A stretch of DNA of 20,000 nucleotides from an uncultured virus (IMG/VR IMGVR_UViG_3300043468_000476) (taxonomy: Duplodnaviria > Heunggongvirae > Uroviricota > Caudoviricetes). The notes below the pieces were generated by a model that was not told where the DNA came from, searched no databases, and worked only from the letters and a program-made list of their open reading frames with translations. The stretch lies in IMG/VR virus record IMGVR_UViG_3300043468_000476, one strand, 5' to 3'. The position numbers and the translations under genes were made by a program. This document shows positions 8,524 through 16,174 of the stretch, piece after piece (position 1 is the stretch's first letter; each line of letters opens with the position of its first letter).

Positions 8524-8836
8524 TGCAACATGCTTCTGTTTCTAGGTGCAGTTGCCAAACCCAATGGATTATGCCGCTAGAGCATAAACTCCAAATGATG
8601 CATCATTATCGTTTGCATCTACGTTTCGCCTTTGGTCTCCTTACGACCTTACTGAATCCTGTCGAACCTGAATCGCCCCCATCAAAGATACATAGTTGCA
8701 GGTAAAAGGCAACTGCATAATCGGGTGTGTGTATCCTTTTTCATCCACTTCCGATCTATGTATCCATGGTGGAGGCGGTGGGAATCGCACCCACGTCCAA
8801 GAAACCTATTTTTCGTCTCTCAACGACCTCGGCAAA
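8524..8836 (-). ncRNA. ssrA: Circularly permuted (two-piece) tmRNA
   Basis: The acceptor piece ends GGAC-GTGGG-TGCGATT-CCCAC-CGCCTCC-ACCA (CCA at 8767). The coding piece starts GGGGGCG at 8680, giving a 7-bp acceptor stem with G3:U70. Tag frame 8616-8569 reads ANDNDASFGVYALAA*. The outer ends are approximate. Confidence 0.93.
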
Positions 8837-8838
8837 CC

Positions 8839-8846
8839 TATTTATT
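8839..8846 (-). promoter_or_regulatory. Late-promoter variant AATAAATA upstream of the tmRNA
   Basis: One mismatch to TATAAATA, directly before the acceptor piece. Confidence 0.5.
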
Positions 8847-8902
8847 GTGTTTGTATCTGATTTTCAAACTCCTCAATCCAAGGAGCAGTTACTTTATCTT
8901 CT

Positions 8903-9028
8903 TTAATTGCACGGATTTGACGTGCGGTCTCTGAAGAGACATTCGGCGAATTTAGCGTCATCCCTATTACAAGCAGACAAACTAAGAAAGGATAACCCCA
9001 CTAGGGCTAGTACTAGATACTTCTTCAT
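8903..9028 (-). CDS. Small lipoprotein (41 aa)
   Basis: SD GGAGG; MKKYLVLALVGLSFLSLSA-C with lipobox LSAC. Confidence 0.7.
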   Translation of the reverse strand: MKKYLVLALVGLSFLSLSACNRDDAKFAECLFRDRTSNPCN

Positions 9029-9275
9029 TCTTTTCCTCCGGGTTAAAGTCGTGCTTTTCAGTTTCGTGAATAGCAACAGAAAACCATTCGTTCGAACCTT
9101 CACGCTGATATTGAAGATCCTGCATTGGAACCATTACCATCTGCTTTGTTTCTGGATGAACCATCATCTTAGGAAACATTACCATACGAATATCAGCAAT
9201 TGGCTTCTTCTTCTGTAATCCGCCTGTAGGAAAACTAACTCCTGCTGTTGCACCATCTGGTCCAAGAATACTCAT
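8982..9275 (-). CDS. Hypothetical protein
   Basis: ATGA coupling with the upstream gene. Confidence 0.65.
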   Translation of the reverse strand: MSILGPDGATAGVSFPTGGLQKKKPIADIRMVMFPKMMVHPETKQMVMVPMQDLQYQREGSNEWFSVAIHETEKHDFNPEEKNEEVSSTSPSGVILS

Positions 9276-9637
9276 GTCTTTTGTCCTTTATACTTATCAA
9301 GTAGCTTTGATAGAAACTCAATAGCTGAATCATTGAATGTTACATCATTTAGAATACCACTAACACAGTACTGCTTGGCCTGAAGAGCGTTACCGTCTGC
9401 TGCCTTATCGTATTCTACAATATATAGATGACGATCTTTAGTCATCATTACTTCGTTAATCTTACCGTTCTTTTCGCCATTATAAAGAGTGACAAGAGCT
9501 TTCTCATCAATCATCTTCATAAACTCGGCATTAGGATAGCACTTTAATACATCATCTGCCTTGGCCATATTATGCACGACTAGAAAGCCAAGCACAAAAA
9601 AGAAAATGGCAATAAAACATTCTTTAGTTCTGGACAT
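9272..9637 (-). CDS. Hypothetical exported or membrane-anchored protein
   Basis: N-terminal hydrophobic segment followed by A-K-A. Confidence 0.7.
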   Translation of the reverse strand: MSRTKECFIAIFFFVLGFLVVHNMAKADDVLKCYPNAEFMKMIDEKALVTLYNGEKNGKINEVMMTKDRHLYIVEYDKAADGNALQAKQYCVSGILNDVTFNDSAIEFLSKLLDKYKGQKT

Positions 9638-9638
9638 A

Positions 9639-10232
9639 TCACTTCTCTCTTTCTACAAAGTCAAAATTTATGATGGTTCGTTTTTTAAAGTTTACTGGAT
9701 TGTTACCTGCATGATACCTATAACCATTAAATACCAATCCTGCTCCTTTCTTTGGTACGAACCTATCTGTTTCTGTTAAGCTGCAAACATCAACTTTATC
9801 TGGATCTAATCCTGGATAATATTCTTCCTTAAACAGAATAGTATCACCATCGCTATCTTCCGTATAATAAACCAACGTTGTGAACGGTATAATCTCCGGA
9901 AGATCAATATGTGGCCTATTATACTTTGACAGACAGTGGCCAGGAACAGGAAATGATCTTCTTATTCTAATTCTCAGAAAACGAGCACAAGTTATACCAG
10001 TCTTTTCTTCTAAGAAATACATTATTGGCTTGAACGAATGGAAATAGTCTGAATTTATACCACGTTCTGTACTATAAAGTGTATGACAAATTGCAGAAGC
10101 TTCTGTTATTCTATCATCCACCAAACTTCCTGGAGATATATCATGAGTATAAAACCAAGGGAAGTCGTTAGCGTTAATTATTCTCTCGATTTCGTCTTGA
10201 TAAGAAACTGGAATAATGTCTGATATATACAT
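9639..10232 (-). CDS. 2OG-Fe(II) oxygenase (FPWY-type paralog 2)
   Basis: FPWF, PHID, VYYTEDSDGDT, YHAG, RTIIN. Confidence 0.82.
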   Translation of the reverse strand: MYISDIIPVSYQDEIERIINANDFPWFYTHDISPGSLVDDRITEASAICHTLYSTERGINSDYFHSFKPIMYFLEEKTGITCARFLRIRIRRSFPVPGHCLSKYNRPHIDLPEIIPFTTLVYYTEDSDGDTILFKEEYYPGLDPDKVDVCSLTETDRFVPKKGAGLVFNGYRYHAGNNPVNFKKRTIINFDFVEREK

Positions 10233-10412
10233 TTATTCTTTGTCTACACCAGAAATTGACTTCATTAGAGTTACGTCATAATCAATCAGACGAGATAACG
10301 CTTCAATAGCGTTTTCTTTACTGACTCCACCAGCAATCTTATCCCTAGACCACATAACATACTTGATTAGCATGTTAACGTCAAGTGCATTTTGATCCTT
10401 TAATTCATTCAT
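10233..10412 (-). CDS. Hypothetical 59-aa protein (MNELKDQNALD...)
   Basis: Translated by hand; ATGA overlap upstream and stop codon abutting the next ATG. Confidence 0.6.
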   Translation of the reverse strand: MNELKDQNALDVNMLIKYVMWSRDKIAGGVSKENAIEALSRLIDYDVTLMKSISGVDKE

Positions 10413-11548
10413 GTAACTACCCTCAATAGAATCGTGTTTTCGTTGATACGATACGCAAGAGGCTTCTGCGTCTTGATCTCATCAAAGACTTTTCGTAGGA
10501 CAAGTTTGCCACCCTCAAGTATGCGCTTGAGAAACTCGTTCGGATCTTTTCTTCCAACGGACATCGTAACAGAACTACTTTCGTCAAAGTTCGTAATGCT
10601 AGTGCCCTTGACCTGGAGCCCACCACGATCAATCGCTGTAAGCCTCGTAATCGTCTTATACTTCGTATTGAAAGTCCAGAGCTCCAGTGCGCCGATGATT
10701 TTCTCCGGAGACACTGATGCAATCTTGTAAGTTGCATCTTCCTTCTGGTACTTGAGATTTTTGATTTTCTTTTCGACCGATATCGTTCTTGGCTTGCGAG
10801 CTTTATTAACTTTTTTCGTGTTCGAAGAGTATCTCTCCGCATCCTCGATAAGCGTGTTGTAGAACGATACAAGGCGTTTGATATCCGCTTTTTTGTAATG
10901 GCGGTAGCCTTCTTTGAGTTGTTCACATTTCCCCTCATATGCTTCAAGCAATTCATCAAGTACTGGGGTCATTTTAGCGATGATAGAAGTAGCGTAAGCG
11001 GCAGGAATGTTATTCGCCTGCAGCCATTCGTATAATGAGAACTCTACATTGTCGTAGATGTAATCGTCTATCATGCCCTCAATTTCACCAAGAATATCGT
11101 GTGCACGCTCACGCATGCGATCTTGAATAGAAACAACAGGTTTATTAGATTCTTCTGTTGGTTCTTCAGTATTTATCTTGTTGAGGGCAGCTTTGATCTT
11201 CTCGTCAATAAAATTTCTAGTAAATTCGTTTGGTTTATAACCACGACTGATCATACGCACCGACCAAGCGGCAGTGGTAGGAATATCAGAGTCGCTGATA
11301 CGCTTGATCTTCTTTGCCTCAGCAACCCTACCTATGTTCTTGAGGTAATCGCTGAGATACTCCTTGGCCTCCGAATTACTGGCCATATAATTATACCAAT
11401 TCAGACCATTCATATAATCTGCATTAGTAGATTTGTCTGTGAAAATAGGCTCGTCGCCCAGATGCTTCTTATTAACAATATATGCCTCTGACTTCGTAAC
11501 ACGAATAGTCTTAGGTTTACGTTTAATAAGTCCTGGACGACGAGCCAT
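10409..11548 (-). CDS. Hypothetical phage protein (379 aa)
   Basis: Long ORF with SD AGGAG and its own consensus promoter; function not recognised. Confidence 0.8.
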   Translation of the reverse strand: MARRPGLIKRKPKTIRVTKSEAYIVNKKHLGDEPIFTDKSTNADYMNGLNWYNYMASNSEAKEYLSDYLKNIGRVAEAKKIKRISDSDIPTTAAWSVRMISRGYKPNEFTRNFIDEKIKAALNKINTEEPTEESNKPVVSIQDRMRERAHDILGEIEGMIDDYIYDNVEFSLYEWLQANNIPAAYATSIIAKMTPVLDELLEAYEGKCEQLKEGYRHYKKADIKRLVSFYNTLIEDAERYSSNTKKVNKARKPRTISVEKKIKNLKYQKEDATYKIASVSPEKIIGALELWTFNTKYKTITRLTAIDRGGLQVKGTSITNFDESSSVTMSVGRKDPNEFLKRILEGGKLVLRKVFDEIKTQKPLAYRINENTILLRVVT

Positions 11549-11570
11549 TGTTTTCTCCTATTATTTTTAT

Positions 11571-11599
11571 ATTATACTACTCGTTTGATTGTTTGTCAA
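11571..11599 (-). promoter_or_regulatory. Sigma70 consensus promoter
   Basis: TTGACA-N17-TATAAT; the -35 overlaps the upstream TGA stop. Confidence 0.9.
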
Positions 11600-12957
11600 G
11601 CTACTTTTCTGTTCTTACGCAGATCTAGGATCATGCGATATTCAACAAGAGTAGTAGTTCCCATATCGCGATTGTGAGACTTACGGATAACAGCGCCATC
11701 CTTCAATTCCCCACCTTTAGCCCAAGCAGTATCATGACCCCAAACACTATCGGCAAGTTCCAAAGGCTCGCCATCAATCGCACACTTGTATCCCTGAATG
11801 GCCAGCATTTCTTCTCGCTGAGCAGTTGATAGAGAACGCTTGGCTTCACGGAAAGTGATACCAATATCGATACCCATTTCGTCAAGAATAATCTTAGCGC
11901 ACTGACGCTGAACAACGCTGTTCGAAAAATTCTTCGTATTACAACGGACGAATTCCTTCACGAAAACGTATTCAGGTTCATCTTCAGTTCCAACATTGAT
12001 AGTCTTATCATTATAGAGGCTGTTACCTGTTCCAGTAAGCCTGGAATAAGCATCCATAAAACGTTCTTTGAACAGAAAACGATCATTGAAAGTAAAATCG
12101 CGATTCTGTTCGTAGAGAGCAAACCAGACAAGCTGGAAAGCTGCGAAGATATCTCCGTTTAGTTTCTTACCACGACGATATTTAAAGTCATGAACGTCGT
12201 TGAAGAAACGATCAACTGTTTTTAGAACATTCTTTGTAACAGGATTCTTCCCGTCATACTCTCCATGAACAAGAGCTTCAATCTCTCGCTGGCCAGCATC
12301 GACGTTACCGCCACCAATTGCCTTTAGAATGGCAATAAAAACGTATTCGTCCCACTTACGGCGAGGATTAACATCGCTATCAAAGCATTCCGGAGTCCAC
12401 TCGCCCTTAGCATTACGCTTGGCTTCGAACACAGGATGAACGTCGTTCTTATATTCACGATAATACTTCGTGCGACTGCGAACTTCACGACAAATAGCGG
12501 ACTCATCGTCGCACATAATCATCTCCATGAAGTTAACAGCCGTAGTCTTGTTACGTGTACGGAAAATCTTAGTAGCTTCTTCGGAAGTGCAAGTAATCAC
12601 TTCGAAGGCAATTTGAGTAGATAGAAAACTTGTATCTTCAAATTCGGTATAATACTTACCGTTGACCTTAATTTTGTTGGTATAAAACTCTGCGAACGCA
12701 CGAATGCGATGACCGCCATCGATCACAAGATAATGGACGCCTGGATACACTTCCTGCATAGCAGGATCTTTAGAAATATCGCGAACGGTAATCATACCAA
12801 CGCCAATGCCGCTGCGGACAGCTTCAACAATTTCTTGAGACTTTTTAGGACCAGACGAGGTAGCAGGACGCTGAGAAATAGGATCCGGATTAAGTTTTCC
12901 GTTCAAAGCCAGATCGATAAGCTGACGGATGGTCTTCTTGTCAATATACGTATTCAT
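11596..12957 (-). CDS. DUF262 (ParB/Srx-like) domain plus C-terminal HNH-like nuclease; GmrSD-like architecture
   Basis: SQRP, VIDGGHR and IFRTRN resemble the QR, DGQQR and FxxxN motifs. C-terminal QGYKCAIDG...GHDTAWAKGG...HNRDMG is HNH-like. Confidence 0.75.
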   Translation of the reverse strand: MNTYIDKKTIRQLIDLALNGKLNPDPISQRPATSSGPKKSQEIVEAVRSGIGVGMITVRDISKDPAMQEVYPGVHYLVIDGGHRIRAFAEFYTNKIKVNGKYYTEFEDTSFLSTQIAFEVITCTSEEATKIFRTRNKTTAVNFMEMIMCDDESAICREVRSRTKYYREYKNDVHPVFEAKRNAKGEWTPECFDSDVNPRRKWDEYVFIAILKAIGGGNVDAGQREIEALVHGEYDGKNPVTKNVLKTVDRFFNDVHDFKYRRGKKLNGDIFAAFQLVWFALYEQNRDFTFNDRFLFKERFMDAYSRLTGTGNSLYNDKTINVGTEDEPEYVFVKEFVRCNTKNFSNSVVQRQCAKIILDEMGIDIGITFREAKRSLSTAQREEMLAIQGYKCAIDGEPLELADSVWGHDTAWAKGGELKDGAVIRKSHNRDMGTTTLVEYRMILDLRKNRKVA

Positions 12958-13032
12958 AATATTCTCCTAGGTTTGGACTATTGCCCGTACACTGTTGATC
13001 CTGGCACACGATGTGCTTCGGTATCAACAAAA

Positions 13033-13064
13033 GACATCCTACTATATTTCAAGTAGGATGTCAA
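13033..13064 (-). promoter_or_regulatory. Palindromic promoter / terminator
   Basis: TTGACA-N17-TAGGAT overlaps the 11-bp inverted repeat GACATCCTACT/AGTAGGATGTC, followed by TTTTG on the - strand. Confidence 0.7.
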
Positions 13065-13072
13065 TTCTTTTA

Positions 13073-14050
13073 TTAGGCAGCTTCTGCCATTTCGACAGCA
13101 AGCTCGAGAGCCTTGGTCTTCAGGTTCTTATTATAACCGTACCAAGCGGAAGTCAGGCGAGTATCAGCCGAACGACCAATAACGTGATCAGTCATGAAGG
13201 TAACAGCATTGAATGGCTGCCACCAGCTACCCTGAGCGTATTCAGCACCAGGCTGAGTGTCAATAACACCAAGAGCGATGTTTGCATTACGAGAACGCTT
13301 GCCCTCTGCCTTATCTTCCGGAGTAGCACCAGCCAGCGGGAACACACGCTCGAAGTATTCAACGATAGACTCAGTCTTGGCCTTCTTAGAGCCAAGGAAC
13401 TGAGCCATCTCCTTGTACTTCTGGAGCTTGTCAGTAGCGATACCAAGCATATCCTTCACGTTAGCAGGATTAAACTGCTTACGGTGGGAAATCTTGACCA
13501 TACGCTCTACAGTCGACGAGAGAGAAAGAGTAAGAGTGTTATTACAGACAACACGGATCGGGGTGAACCGAACGTCAGTCGAGAAGCCATACTTGTGGAA
13601 ATTAGAGAACAGAAGATAAGAATCAATCTGATCTCCCTTAAAGAGTTCGAACGACTCCTTAACCTTTGCCAATCCCCAGACAATCTGGCCGTCCTTCAAC
13701 GAGCCAGCAGTATGCATCTCCATGTCACCAGCCATAACGAATTCGTTGAAGAATTCAAACGCTTCCTGATTCTGGACGGGATTCCAGTCATCAGAAACTA
13801 CGTCAAGTAGTTTACGATCCTTCGAACGAATCAGAGCAGACTGACCAGTCTCCACAACGCTATCCGGATCGTTTTCGTCAATGATGGCGAAAGATGGGTA
13901 TTTGCGGACTTCCCAATCCAAGCCAGCAGCCTGGAGCATCTGTTCGGGAGTAAGATCCGCAGGGACTTCCTTACCCAAACCATGCCACGGAACGGCTCCA
14001 ACATAAGCCATCTGAGCGACACCATCGACGAATTCAATTTCATGAGCCAT
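13073..14050 (-). CDS. DUF932 family protein
   Basis: MAHE, PWHGLG, AGLDW-x-V, V-x-N-x-EAF-x-FF, TAGSL-x-x-G, FTPIRVVCNNTL. Confidence 0.9.
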   Translation of the reverse strand: MAHEIEFVDGVAQMAYVGAVPWHGLGKEVPADLTPEQMLQAAGLDWEVRKYPSFAIIDENDPDSVVETGQSALIRSKDRKLLDVVSDDWNPVQNQEAFEFFNEFVMAGDMEMHTAGSLKDGQIVWGLAKVKESFELFKGDQIDSYLLFSNFHKYGFSTDVRFTPIRVVCNNTLTLSLSSTVERMVKISHRKQFNPANVKDMLGIATDKLQKYKEMAQFLGSKKAKTESIVEYFERVFPLAGATPEDKAEGKRSRNANIALGVIDTQPGAEYAQGSWWQPFNAVTFMTDHVIGRSADTRLTSAWYGYNKNLKTKALELAVEMAEAA

Positions 14051-14084
14051 TAGAGTTCTCCTTCACAACCTTCATTATATACAT

Positions 14085-14113
14085 AGTATACCCTAATGTT
14101 TTAAAAAAGTCAA
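14085..14113 (-). promoter_or_regulatory. Sigma70-type promoter
   Basis: TTGACT-N17-TATACT upstream of the DUF932 gene. Confidence 0.8.
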
Positions 14114-14117
14114 GCCC

Positions 14118-14309
14118 TTATTCTGCGGATGCCGGGACTGGGCCAGGAGCTCCCTGAGATGGCAGCTGAGGAGCAGCCTGCTGACGTAGCTTCTCGACCA
14201 GAGGAGCGATCTGATCATAAGGTAGCTTACCTAGAGCAAACATAACAGCATTTGCTTCTTCAAAAGATAGTTCAAACTTAATTACAACTTCATCCATTTT
14301 ATACTCCAT
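14118..14309 (-). CDS. Hypothetical protein
   Basis: Helical segment EANAVMFALGKLPYDQIAPLV; the true start may be 14297. Confidence 0.7.
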   Translation of the reverse strand: MEYKMDEVVIKFELSFEEANAVMFALGKLPYDQIAPLVEKLRQQAAPQLPSQGAPGPVPASAE

Positions 14310-14317
14310 ATGGTTTA

Positions 14318-14530
14318 TTACGCAGTCTTCGCTTCTAGTAAAGACTCTTTAAATTGGAAATGAAAACCAGCGAGCCATTCTTTCTGGCGATATAGCTCGT
14401 TCTGTACCTGCTTTTCATCATCCTGGTCAACGTCCATATAATCATATGGACAATCTTTTACCAAACCTCCCTGTGAATAATGAACACGACCTTCTTCAAA
14501 AAATTGATTGGTGTATTGCCATTCATTCAT
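14318..14530 (-). CDS. Ribosome-modulation-factor-like small protein
   Basis: G-x6-G-x5-CPY...W-L-x-G-aromatic, compared with RMF (RGYQAGIAGRSKEMCPY...WLGGW). The start position is inferred. Confidence 0.5.
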   Translation of the reverse strand: MNEWQYTNQFFEEGRVHYSQGGLVKDCPYDYMDVDQDDEKQVQNELYRQKEWLAGFHFQFKESLLEAKTA

Positions 14531-14624
14531 TTGTGTGACCTTTTCTGTATCCAGCATTTATTAGGTTCATTTTGGCACTGGAGCTCCATTCTGGCCCCAG
14601 ATTCTTTCATACCTGATGTTATAT

Positions 14625-14659
14625 ATATTGAATCCAAATAAGGGATTGTCAAGAATCCC
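14625..14659 (-). promoter_or_regulatory. Possible promoter with its -35 inside a hairpin loop
   Basis: GGGATT-CTTGAC-AATCCC followed by TTATTT; TTGACA-N16-CAATAT. Confidence 0.4.
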
Positions 14660-14699
14660 CAAATGAATAAGAATTCGAGAAAGTATCTTTTTCTTTCAC

Positions 14700-15020
14700 T
14701 CATTTTTTGAATGAATAGTAAGCGTCAATTATCTTTTGGAGGGGACGCTCTAGGCCATCATAATGATCTTTATCCATGATGCCACAAAGAATATCCATAT
14801 AATCATCTGGTTCGATAAACTGTTTTACGATATCTAGATACTGTTTTCCTGTCTTTGGTTGTTTAACAGGAGCTCCTTTGATATTAGGAACATCATATCT
14901 TTTCATATCTTCAGCAATCGATCTCGCAATGACAGTCTTTGCCTTACTCACATAGTCTCTCATTGTTTCTAATTCTAGTTGTTTTTTAGATTTTGGAAAA
15001 GGTATAATTTCAGCGCTCAC
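14700..15020 (-). CDS. Hypothetical protein
   Basis: 106-aa ORF starting MSAEIIPFPK. Confidence 0.7.
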   Translation of the reverse strand: MSAEIIPFPKSKKQLELETMRDYVSKAKTVIARSIAEDMKRYDVPNIKGAPVKQPKTGKQYLDIVKQFIEPDDYMDILCGIMDKDHYDGLERPLQKIIDAYYSFKK

Positions 15021-15243
15021 GACTCATATCCCTTGGAACACATTTTACCTTAACATAATAATGATCGCCTTCCTTTGGAGCAAAGGCAAGTTTGGCGGAA
15101 CGTTCGTAACCTTCCTGAAAACAACTCATCGGCGTGTTTTTGAGGTCGCCCATAACAATTGTCGTGTCTCTACCGCCTTCTTTGCATTCCATAGGAGACA
15201 ATAAAGAATTACAGATAAGAATAACTGGAACATATTCGATCAT
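15010..15243 (-). CDS. Small 4-Cys protein, possibly exported
   Basis: ATG 15243 overlaps the upstream stop codon; hydrophobic N-terminus and four Cys. Confidence 0.65.
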   Translation of the reverse strand: MIEYVPVILICNSLLSPMECKEGGRDTTIVMGDLKNTPMSCFQEGYERSAKLAFAPKEGDHYYVKVKCVPRDMSRER

Positions 15244-15392
15244 CCTTGACACTTAACGCCGAATTTAGCTTCAGCGCCCATTACTTTACCATGAAGAGTG
15301 CCAATGTGGCACGCCTTCGGCTCAATTTCTACGTGCTGTTCGGTACAAACTCCGGCAACACACATATAAACAATCGCTGCAATCAACTTCAT
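15240..15392 (-). CDS. Small 4-Cys protein (50 aa, MKLIAAIVYMCVAGVC...)
   Basis: Translated by hand; SD AAGGA; coupled to the downstream gene. Confidence 0.65.
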   Translation of the reverse strand: MKLIAAIVYMCVAGVCTEQHVEIEPKACHIGTLHGKVMGAEAKFGVKCQG

Positions 15393-15408
15393 AATATATA
15401 TCCTTTTA

Positions 15409-15597
15409 TTACGCCGCTTTTTTGTCTTTTACCTCAAAAAAGTGCTTTTTTAGGCTCGGAGACGCTTTGTCAAGTATTTCTCCGCTTACTCCAATACGAA
15501 TTAACTCTGATAACTCAATAATTTCGGCTTCTGTGATGTTTTCTGCTGGCTTGAACTCAAAAAGTCTAGACTGTGTGTACTTTTTTTCTTTAGCCAT
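15409..15597 (-). CDS. Hypothetical protein
   Basis: SD AGGAG. Confidence 0.7.
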   Translation of the reverse strand: MAKEKKYTQSRLFEFKPAENITEAEIIELSELIRIGVSGEILDKASPSLKKHFFEVKDKKAA

Positions 15598-15769
15598 TTG
15601 TTACTCCTGCTGTTAGGAAGAGATGGAGGGAATACATCGCTGCTGCAAAGCAAATTCCGAAGGCAAAAGCTGCTAATCGAGGATAAGGAGTGTTTCCAGA
15701 CAATGCATAATAGGCATTAACGAATGCCAAAAGCATATTTGTCCAAAACCAGATCATGTTATTGTCCAT
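15590..15769 (-). CDS. Small membrane protein
   Basis: Two hydrophobic helices; start uncertain. Confidence 0.6.
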   Translation of the reverse strand: MDNNMIWFWTNMLLAFVNAYYALSGNTPYPRLAAFAFGICFAAAMYSLHLFLTAGVTNG

Positions 15770-15950
15770 TTTTCTTTTCTTTCTTAGAAGTAAACTCAAT
15801 CATAGAGGCTTCGAACAAAAGATGCTCTAAAAGATCGATACGAGACTTCAAGAAAATATGCTTATCGACTTCTTTACATCCTGCTAACTGCACGATATAA
15901 TCATACCTCAGCTTCCGCATCGTTTTGCGCATCTTCTTGAACTTGCCCAT
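15759..15950 (-). CDS. Hypothetical basic protein
   Basis: SD GGAG. Confidence 0.6.
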   Translation of the reverse strand: MGKFKKMRKTMRKLRYDYIVQLAGCKEVDKHIFLKSRIDLLEHLLFEASMIEFTSKKEKKNGQ

Positions 15951-16065
15951 TTGCTTTCTCCAACATTTCTGTAGTCACAATGTGAGTATATATCTTTTTG
16001 CCATCATTGTAAACTACAAAAAGTATACCCGAGCCAACATTTTTTACTTCGGCGCTAAGATTCAT
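15901..16065 (-). CDS. Hypothetical 54-aa protein (MNLSAEVKNVG...)
   Basis: Translated by hand; tiles the region. Confidence 0.45.
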   Translation of the reverse strand: MNLSAEVKNVGSGILFVVYNDGKKIYTHIVTTEMLEKANGQVQEDAQNDAEAEV

Positions 16066-16174
16066 TACTGCCCCAAATCAATTCATACAATACGATCCCA
16101 AGAGTCAATACACTTGTTATCATGCCCAAATATATCATGAACCATATAAAGTCAATTTCTGCTATTTGTAGCAT
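16055..16174 (-). CDS. Single-TM 39-aa protein (MLQIAEIDFIWF...)
   Basis: Translated by hand; SD AAGGA. Confidence 0.5.
   Translation of the reverse strand: MLQIAEIDFIWFMIYLGMITSVLTLGIVLYELIWGSNES

Noticed and set aside
8767..8800. tRNA 3' fragment or att site
   Set aside because: It pairs exactly with GGGGGCG at 8680-8674, so it is the tmRNA acceptor piece. No integrase is nearby.
8523..8934. + strand ORFs 8523-8705 and 8725-8934
   Set aside because: Antisense to the tmRNA.
8903..9275. Spanin pair (overlapping lipoprotein)
   Set aside because: The overlapped 97-aa protein has no transmembrane segment or coiled coil.
10423..10959. 178-aa Arg-rich alternate-frame ORF
   Set aside because: Nested in the 379-aa gene, with composition typical of an off-frame reading.
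12995..13810. 271-aa + strand ORF
   Set aside because: Antisense shadow of DUF932, with no recognisable motif or SD.
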